In this document: positions 57,701 through 64,000 of the stretch, piece after piece
Layout of the letters: each line of letters starts with the position of its first letter
How positions within the stretch are numbered: position 1 is the stretch's first letter
Source: Candidatus Obscuribacterales bacterium
GTDB lineage: Bacteria > Cyanobacteriota > Vampirovibrionia > Obscuribacterales > Obscuribacteraceae
Length of the DNA: 64,000 bases
Reading direction: 5' to 3'
NCBI GenBank assembly: GCA_965228855.1
Contig: CBDDIJ010000005.1
Location: forward strand, 1,312,001-1,376,000
Position numbers and translations under genes: made by a program
Notes under the pieces: generated by a model
Database searches by the model: none
What the model saw: the letters and a program-made list of their open reading frames with translations, nothing else
What the model was told of the DNA's origin: nothing

Positions 57701-59212
57701 CTATCGCAGCTTTTGCAGACGCGCAGCGGCGTCAGCCTGCCCAGCAGCTGTGTAGTCGGAAATCTGCCTTGCAAGCGTATCTTTGTACTCTTGCGATTCG
57801 ACGCCAAAAGCCTTTTCTGACTCGCTTAGCGCTTTGGAAAAAACTCTCTCCGCCTCATCAAGGTATTTGTCCTTGCTCGCGTCGTTTGCCGATGCAGCAT
57901 TCAGCATCACGCGTGCCAGGTCCATCTGGCAAACGACGATAGCTGCTGTGTTGTCGGGTTCAGCAAATTTGGTTTTGTCGAGTCGATAGCGTTCCAACTC
58001 AATAGCCTTGTCGAAATCCTTCTGTCGCTCATAAGCAGAAACCAGATTCTTCACAGGCGCCGCCAAACTTACGCGCTCAGATGAGGCGCCGTTTTTCACA
58101 TGAATTGCACCAAGATCAATCGCTTTGCGCATGCCACTATCTGCGGTGCCCAACTCGTTTTTAGACGCGAACCTCATTGATAAAGTGTTGAGAGCTGAGA
58201 TGGTTGGAACTGTTGCAGCGTCTTCGCCGAACTTGTCGATTACGCCTAAAGCTTCCCCGAATGCTTTCTTCGCATCGTCCACTCGATTCGCACTAATGGC
58301 CAGACCAGGCCACCTCAGTGAAGATCGAACTGCTCCTGCTTTATCCGTGAGATTGGCATCCTTTGCCAATTCCATTATGCGGGCATGAACCTTTGCAGCC
58401 TCGTCATAACGCTTATTCGCAGATGCGACAACCAACAAATAATTCAATCTGCGAAAGTCATGGATACTTTCCACCGGTTCATTTGTACCGGAGCGTTGTG
58501 TATGCTGTCCCGCGGGAGGCAGAGCAGAAGCGATATTTGGCGGTCCAAGCTGCAACGGACCGGAAATTCTATTTCCTCCGCCACGCCGAGGACCAGCACC
58601 TTCGCCCACTCGACTTCGAATCTGATTTCGAATATCCGGACCCGACGTATCTATATCGCCAGCCCGAATCGAGCCCGAGGAGCGAATCTGCAAACTATTC
58701 ATCTTGTATGGCGGAGAAGATAATTCGGCAAAGAAAAATGAAAGAGCCAGAGTTCCCTGTTCAATTCCCGGAATCGGGTCGAAACTGAGCGCCTTGAGCT
58801 TAGCCAGCGTATCAGATTGGACGGTCTCCGCCGGCGATGTAGACAAAAACTTCGCATCAACGACCTTTCCGCTCTGGTCGATAACAAGCTCAAGCCGACT
58901 GCTCGGCTCAATGTCGCTATCCTTGATTGAAGCTGCAATTTTGTCGAGAATCCCGAACTCGAACTGCCGAAAGCTACCACTCAGGCTTGCACCGGTAGAC
59001 GAAGTAATCGCCACGCCATAAGCCATTGCCGGCGCAGAGATCAAGCTTGAACAAACAGCCAAGCTGGAAGAACTAATCACGACAGATAGAGCCGTCAGAA
59101 TTGACGACGCCCGCGCAAATCCAGGCGGAAACGTGTGAAACAGTAATGAATTTAGCCCTGTGGGGCTCTTGAACGACATCATAGAGCGACTCCTGTCTGG
59201 AGATCTTACCAT
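57701..59212 (-). CDS. Secreted protein with TonB-C-like domain and TPR repeats
   Basis: Hydrophobic signal ending PAMA; LELVIDQSGKVVDAKF...LSFDPIP; C-terminal TPR-like helices. Confidence 0.7.
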   Translation of the reverse strand: MVRSPDRSRSMMSFKSPTGLNSLLFHTFPPGFARASSILTALSVVISSSSLAVCSSLISAPAMAYGVAITSSTGASLSGSFRQFEFGILDKIAASIKDSDIEPSSRLELVIDQSGKVVDAKFLSTSPAETVQSDTLAKLKALSFDPIPGIEQGTLALSFFFAELSSPPYKMNSLQIRSSGSIRAGDIDTSGPDIRNQIRSRVGEGAGPRRGGGNRISGPLQLGPPNIASALPPAGQHTQRSGTNEPVESIHDFRRLNYLLVVASANKRYDEAAKVHARIMELAKDANLTDKAGAVRSSLRWPGLAISANRVDDAKKAFGEALGVIDKFGEDAATVPTISALNTLSMRFASKNELGTADSGMRKAIDLGAIHVKNGASSERVSLAAPVKNLVSAYERQKDFDKAIELERYRLDKTKFAEPDNTAAIVVCQMDLARVMLNAASANDASKDKYLDEAERVFSKALSESEKAFGVESQEYKDTLARQISDYTAAGQADAAARLQKLR

Positions 59213-59442
59213 CTACGCCCTTTGAATGAGCGGCGAGCGGTTTTGTTCCGCAAAAGAGCTTGGGACATTCTCATGTTCGATTTTGATCTGAAAACTAACA
59301 TTCAATTCGGCAAGGGTAGAACAGCTACTATGCTAGCTCCCCTGCCAATGCCCGTTCCAAGCCAAAACGCAATATCAACAAAAACGGCGCAGGTGTTCCG
59401 AACGGTGCTAGCATGGAAGTGCGACCGGCAAAGAGACGGACA

Positions 59443-60150
59443 ATGAAGGCTCAAATTAGCAACTCTCGAATTATCCTCTCCGGCTTCGGAGTCGGAGTTT
59501 TGACGAGTGCCATTGCAACCTTTTTCTCACATAAGCCGTTTGATGCGTTTCAATTCCACGCAATGGCTGTGGGTTTCATCTATGTGACGGCAGCAGGTTG
59601 TTGGATTGGCAATCTCCAGGGCTCTGCCAAACGCACCATATTTGGTACCATCAGCGGAGCACTGCTTGGACTGACTTATTCGCTGTCAGTCAAATTCACA
59701 TTGCCGAATTACCCGAATGACAGCGGCTTGATGGTTTATTTTGCGCTGCTCCCGTGCGTGCTCAGCGGCCTACTGGCTGGCGTTCTTGGCTCAACCCGAG
59801 AAAACGGTTTCAAGGAATTTCCGGTGTGCTTCTCGAAGGGTCTTATCTCGGGATTCATGATGGGAATTGTCCACTTCGTTACTCTCTTACTTCTCCTGAT
59901 ACCGAGTCCATATATTGTTAAACTGTTTGGACCGCTCGGAGAAACTGGAACCCTCCAACTTGCCTGCGCTCTCGGCGTCGCCAGTGCGCTCTACTTTTTC
60001 ATGCTCCAGTGGTCGGTCGGCTTGCGGAGCACCGGCAAACAATCGGGATGGCTCGGCAATCTCTCCATCTCGCGCGTCGGGATACTCTTATTCGTCGGAA
60101 TGACTCTCGCCGGCATCGGCTGGTCGCTCTTACCGGCGATTTTTAGGTAA
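59443..60150 (+). CDS. Hypothetical multi-pass membrane protein, paralog A
   Basis: About 7 hydrophobic segments; ends GILLFVGMTLAGIGWSLLPAIFR. Confidence 0.7.
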   Translation: MKAQISNSRIILSGFGVGVLTSAIATFFSHKPFDAFQFHAMAVGFIYVTAAGCWIGNLQGSAKRTIFGTISGALLGLTYSLSVKFTLPNYPNDSGLMVYFALLPCVLSGLLAGVLGSTRENGFKEFPVCFSKGLISGFMMGIVHFVTLLLLLIPSPYIVKLFGPLGETGTLQLACALGVASALYFFMLQWSVGLRSTGKQSGWLGNLSISRVGILLFVGMTLAGIGWSLLPAIFR

Positions 60151-60233
60151 TGTTGTTGGTGTGTATCACAGCTAGCCGGATTGTCCGAATTGTGATTAGA
60201 TGGCTTGAGGACTCAATTTGAAAAGGTAAGACG

Positions 60234-60941
60234 GTGAGCTTAAACAACAGGCTTTCTATCCCAAAAGTTGCATTTCTAATTGGCGTCGGAGCAGATTCAA
60301 TTGGAGGTCTACTAGGTCTGTGCACGTCAAGTTCACCTCTATTCATGATTGCGGTGATTACATTATATGGTTTTGCTTCCTCATACTGGCTTGCAACTTC
60401 CAGCAAGAGGAGCACTGCCAACGGTATCACCATCGGCTTAGCGGCAACTGGATTGTACTTGGCGTCCCTGACAGCGCATGGCAATCCCCTCGAAACTCAG
60501 AATTTTGGATCCAGTTTCTTTCATGCTTTGTTTGTGGGTCCCGCGCTCATGAGCGGCCTGCTTGCCGCCGTTCTTGGAGCGAGGCGTAGAAATTGGACAA
60601 CATCAGTTCCGCTCCGTTTCATTCAAGGAACGGTTGCCGGTGCGATGCTTTGCGTCCTTCACATCCTATGCGTCGGGATGCTTTCGGCCTTACTTTACAC
60701 GCTTCCTTTTTCGTCAGCCTGGGGATTCATCTGCTATCCAATAGCGCTAGGCACCGCAAGTACGGTTTATCTACCAATTATGCACAACTTAGTTACTGAC
60801 GAATCCGAAAATGTACTTGAGACAAGCTTCAACGCAACAGCAACAGCGTGGGTGGATAAACTGACAATTGCGAAGAGCGGAATTATCCTCTTTGTTTTAA
60901 TGGCTCTAGCCGGAATCGGCTGGGCTGGAATATTTAGATAA
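60234..60941 (+). CDS. Hypothetical multi-pass membrane protein, paralog B
   Basis: Shares SGLLAxVLG..R and GIILFVLMALAGIGW..IFR with the upstream gene. Confidence 0.7.
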   Translation: MSLNNRLSIPKVAFLIGVGADSIGGLLGLCTSSSPLFMIAVITLYGFASSYWLATSSKRSTANGITIGLAATGLYLASLTAHGNPLETQNFGSSFFHALFVGPALMSGLLAAVLGARRRNWTTSVPLRFIQGTVAGAMLCVLHILCVGMLSALLYTLPFSSAWGFICYPIALGTASTVYLPIMHNLVTDESENVLETSFNATATAWVDKLTIAKSGIILFVLMALAGIGWAGIFR

Positions 60942-61048
60942 TTCCAACGCTCAGGTTCCCGCAGTATAACGCAGTGAATTTTTGAGTCGGATATACTGTG
61001 CCTTGGCTGGAAAGCGCATGGCAACTTACAACGACTATCGAGAATATT

Positions 61049-63076
61049 ATGAAACAGAAGAAACTGAAAATTGTTTTTGTCTCTGCGATCACAACATCCG
61101 TTTTGGGCGGTCCTTTAGTTGAAGCGGCATCAGCAGCGGATTCACTGCTGATAGCACAGCAAACAGGACAGCAGCCGTCTCTATGGCAGCAGGCTGGAAA
61201 AACGCTGTTTGAAGCAGGGCAGAAACAAATGCTTCATCAGATGAATCAAAAGCTCAACGCTCCACAGCAACAGGCACCAACTCAGACCACTCCAGCTGCA
61301 CCTTATGGTCAGACAAACCAGTATAATCAAACTGGCGATCCATACGCACAACCGGGCGCTCCGTATGGCACCACACCCGATACCATGACCGTCCCCCCTC
61401 AGAACACTGAAACAGGACCGGTTCATCAAGCGCCACCATGCAGAAGTTGGACGAAACCTGGGGCACAGCCGATCGCTGTTCTGTTGTGCATTCACGGCTT
61501 GGGTTTGCAGAGTAACTCATACGAGTTTTTCGGTAATGAACAATCAAATCGAGGTCTCGCAGTTTATGCGATTGACGTTCGCGGTTTCGGCGCATGGATG
61601 AATGCGAAAGGCAAAACCAAAGTAAACTTCGACGATTGCCTGCTCGACATAAAATCCTCACTAGAAGCCATCCGTGCAGCTAATCCCGGATTACCCGTCT
61701 ACATTCTTGGTGAATCAATGGGTGGAGCTATTGCATTGCGAGCGGCTGCGACCTATCCGGATCTCATAGACGGGCTTATTTCCTCAGTTCCCGCGGGTGA
61801 GCGATTTAACCAGGGGAAAACCAGTGTTCAAGTTTTCATGAATTTGTTGACCGGCATGAACGTTTCGAACATCGGCAAGGGAATCGTCAGCCAGGCAACA
61901 CAGAATCAACGACTTAAGGCGCAATGGACCGGCGATCCGCTTGCACGGTTGGATCTGACGCCTCAAGAGTTGATCCAGTTTCAGGATTTCATGAATGGCA
62001 ATCACGAATTCGCTAAGAAGGTTTCAACAATGCCCGTTCTCTTCGTCCAGGGAAACGGCGATCAATTAGTCAAACCCGAGGGAACCTGGGAATTGTTCAA
62101 TTCAGTCGCTTCGAAGGATAAATCGTTCTTCGCGGTGCCCGGAGAGCACCTGATTTTCGAGGAAGCGCAGACTCAAGATGCGGGTCCGCGAGATCAGAAC
62201 TTCCGCGTTATAAACTCATGGCTAACGGCGAAAGTCGGCAGAAGGACTCGTCGCGGCGCTCTCGCTGACAGACTCGATGGCATGGGCAACTCGGTAGGTA
62301 CTACCGGAAGATTCGGTGGGCTCGGAGCGGCAGGCGGTTTCGGCGCAATGGGAGGAGGCATGGGACGACTGGCGGCTATCGCCGGGCGCATGTCATCTTT
62401 GAATACTGCGGGTCTGGAAAGCCAGGCTCAGATGATCGATGCCGGTCAGTATGCTGACGCCATCTCGCAGCTGGAATCATTGCGCTCGCAACGGCCAAAC
62501 GATCCAAATGTTCTGGGTTTACTCGGCAAAGCCTACTTCCAGAGCGGACAGCCAGATAAAGCAGGGACATTTTTCCGCACAGCTATGAGAATGAGTAGAG
62601 GCGGCAGCGATCAGGCACGAGCTCTGAATAACTATCTTCTCGGCATGAGTCAGAGCGCTCAGCCGCTTGTTCCAGGCTCCGGGCTTGCGGCAGCTTCAAT
62701 TCCATTTGCAGGTTTCGGCTTGAAAAATGATCAACCCAATAATGTTGCAGATACCTATGGAGTAGTCGGAAATACGGGCACCGGCATTGGTGGCAAAGCC
62801 AAGATCTACGCTTTTTATTCAAATTGGGCGGACCAGTGTAAAGGCATGATTGACTCAGTTTCGAAGCTCTCCTCTTTATACGGGACCAAAGTGCAGGTTA
62901 ATTCTGTGAACGTCGAAGACAAAGGCAGTGACGCGCTCATCGAGCAATACAAGGTTGGACCGATTCCTACCGTTGTTTTCGTTTCGCCTAGCGGTCAAGT
63001 TAGCTCAACAATCATTGGCGAGTCCTCCTACACCAATTACGAACGAGCATTACAAACACTGGCTAACACACGATAG
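61049..63076 (+). CDS. Secreted alpha/beta hydrolase (lysophospholipase-like) + TPR + thioredoxin-like domain
   Basis: IHGLG, DVRGFG, GESMGG, GNGDQLV, GEHLIFE; TPR RPNDPNVLGLLGKAY; FYSNWADQC...VGPIPTVVF. Confidence 0.87.
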   Translation: MKQKKLKIVFVSAITTSVLGGPLVEAASAADSLLIAQQTGQQPSLWQQAGKTLFEAGQKQMLHQMNQKLNAPQQQAPTQTTPAAPYGQTNQYNQTGDPYAQPGAPYGTTPDTMTVPPQNTETGPVHQAPPCRSWTKPGAQPIAVLLCIHGLGLQSNSYEFFGNEQSNRGLAVYAIDVRGFGAWMNAKGKTKVNFDDCLLDIKSSLEAIRAANPGLPVYILGESMGGAIALRAAATYPDLIDGLISSVPAGERFNQGKTSVQVFMNLLTGMNVSNIGKGIVSQATQNQRLKAQWTGDPLARLDLTPQELIQFQDFMNGNHEFAKKVSTMPVLFVQGNGDQLVKPEGTWELFNSVASKDKSFFAVPGEHLIFEEAQTQDAGPRDQNFRVINSWLTAKVGRRTRRGALADRLDGMGNSVGTTGRFGGLGAAGGFGAMGGGMGRLAAIAGRMSSLNTAGLESQAQMIDAGQYADAISQLESLRSQRPNDPNVLGLLGKAYFQSGQPDKAGTFFRTAMRMSRGGSDQARALNNYLLGMSQSAQPLVPGSGLAAASIPFAGFGLKNDQPNNVADTYGVVGNTGTGIGGKAKIYAFYSNWADQCKGMIDSVSKLSSLYGTKVQVNSVNVEDKGSDALIEQYKVGPIPTVVFVSPSGQVSSTIIGESSYTNYERALQTLANTR

Positions 63077-63103
63077 GAAGCAGCTGCAAACTGATAGAAT
63101 TCG

Positions 63104-63541
63104 ATGCTCTTAGTCGGCGCATCGCCGGGAGAACGCGTGGATTCGCAGAAGGTAGTAGACCCGTTTTTGAAAGGAACGATCGATTGGCTCGATCAGTTCT
63201 CACCTGGGCTCTGGCGAAACCTGGATAAGGTTTTAGAGCTTGGCGAGGACAAAGCTAAGCTGATTCTGAAGAGTTTTCTCGAGTGCTCATGCCAATCACA
63301 GAATATGCAGACAATCCTCATTGGTAGACGCGGAGTGCTTTCGATGCCTCTGCCCTGGGTTCGAGAAAACCTGCCCGCGTGCGTCGAGCAAGAACTCGAC
63401 TTGAGTGATTACTGGCAATATCGCCGCTTGCTCGAACTTTGCGATGCGCTCGACGGCAGCCTTTTGAAACGTTATGTAGCGCTAGGCATCGAAAGCGACA
63501 AAGACGACATCAAAGAAGCAGCTAACGACTTTCGGGTTTAA
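63104..63541 (+). CDS. Hypothetical helical protein
   Basis: 145-aa ORF; DYWQYRRLLEL...DIKEAANDF. Confidence 0.6.
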   Translation: MLLVGASPGERVDSQKVVDPFLKGTIDWLDQFSPGLWRNLDKVLELGEDKAKLILKSFLECSCQSQNMQTILIGRRGVLSMPLPWVRENLPACVEQELDLSDYWQYRRLLELCDALDGSLLKRYVALGIESDKDDIKEAANDFRV

Positions 63542-64000
63542 GTTGCTGAAGAGCATAATACTCTAAGTACACGTACCAAGGTCCCTCAATGTGACGGAGG
63601 TTCACCCGTGCGCCACCGTTGAAAAACGGACCGTCTAAACTGTTATAGAGTTCCATGAATGGCCTGTAACCAGTGACATAAGCAATGCCCTTAGTCTCAC
63701 CTTGTTGCTCGCCATCGTCGGAAGCCATTGCTACTTTTATCATGAGAGAGTCTCTTCGGACATCTTGAGCTTTGCAGACTTGGAGAAGCTGAGTGTACCT
63801 CGAAGACGCCATCCCCCGTGTTGCTTCAGCAATCGCCTCTCCGTCCTTGGAATCAGGCGACATGTCTTCAAACGTCGCAACCAAGCTTGAGAAACTCGCA
63901 CGCTTATCTCGAAACGACTTAATCAAGAAATCATCACTGGGCAGCGGCGAGTATAAAACCATTCCAGCAACTATGGACGCGCCAACCAGACCAACTGCCA
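63522..64000 (-). CDS. Hypothetical membrane-anchored protein (5' end beyond the right edge)
   Basis: Frame stays open upstream of ATG 63962 to the edge (AVGLVGASIVAGMVLY, TM-like); PSD...KGIAY...SLD...RHIEGPWYVY. Confidence 0.65.
   Translation of the reverse strand, partial: AVGLVGASIVAGMVLYSPLPSDDFLIKSFRDKRASFSSLVATFEDMSPDSKDGEAIAEATRGMASSRYTQLLQVCKAQDVRRDSLMIKVAMASDDGEQQGETKGIAYVTGYRPFMELYNSLDGPFFNGGARVNLRHIEGPWYVYLEYYALQQLKPESR

Overview
Gene-dense bacterial chromosomal window of roughly 50% GC. I saw no rRNA, tRNA, CRISPR array, integrase or transposase. The style of the proteome (Hanks kinases with TPR or LRR ectodomains, many secreted TPR proteins, multi-MshEN and DUF4388 proteins, DUF6088, a giant secreted beta-rich protein) suggests a non-photosynthetic cyanobacterial relative such as Vampirovibrionia/Obscuribacterales; this is inference only. 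Left to right: 5' end of a large secreted protein running off the left edge (absent from the ORF track), TPR/TonB-C protein, orphan TolC, atypical ECF sigma factor plus soluble partner, azoR with a divergent AraC regulator, a general-stress cluster (GlsB/YeaQ, DpsL-like ferritin, BON, YflT-like) containing a duplicated hairpin element, ACT-malic enzyme, rmlA//rmlBDC split by an orphan AbiEi-like gene and an NTF2-like gene, glycosyltransferases, and a TPR-lethal-factor-like metalloprotease. Next comes a candidate new metal-handling operon: two Cys/His-modified vWA paralogs with Asp/His tails and a P1B-4 ATPase carrying a 315-aa His/Cys repeat arm. It is followed by two receptor-like Ser/Thr kinases, a candidate c-di-GMP receptor operon (degenerate GGDEF with intact I-site, 4x MshEN, YfhO GT-C), a pseudo-cytidylyltransferase, a large GT-C/GT2/GT4 glycosylation region and several hypothetical proteins.
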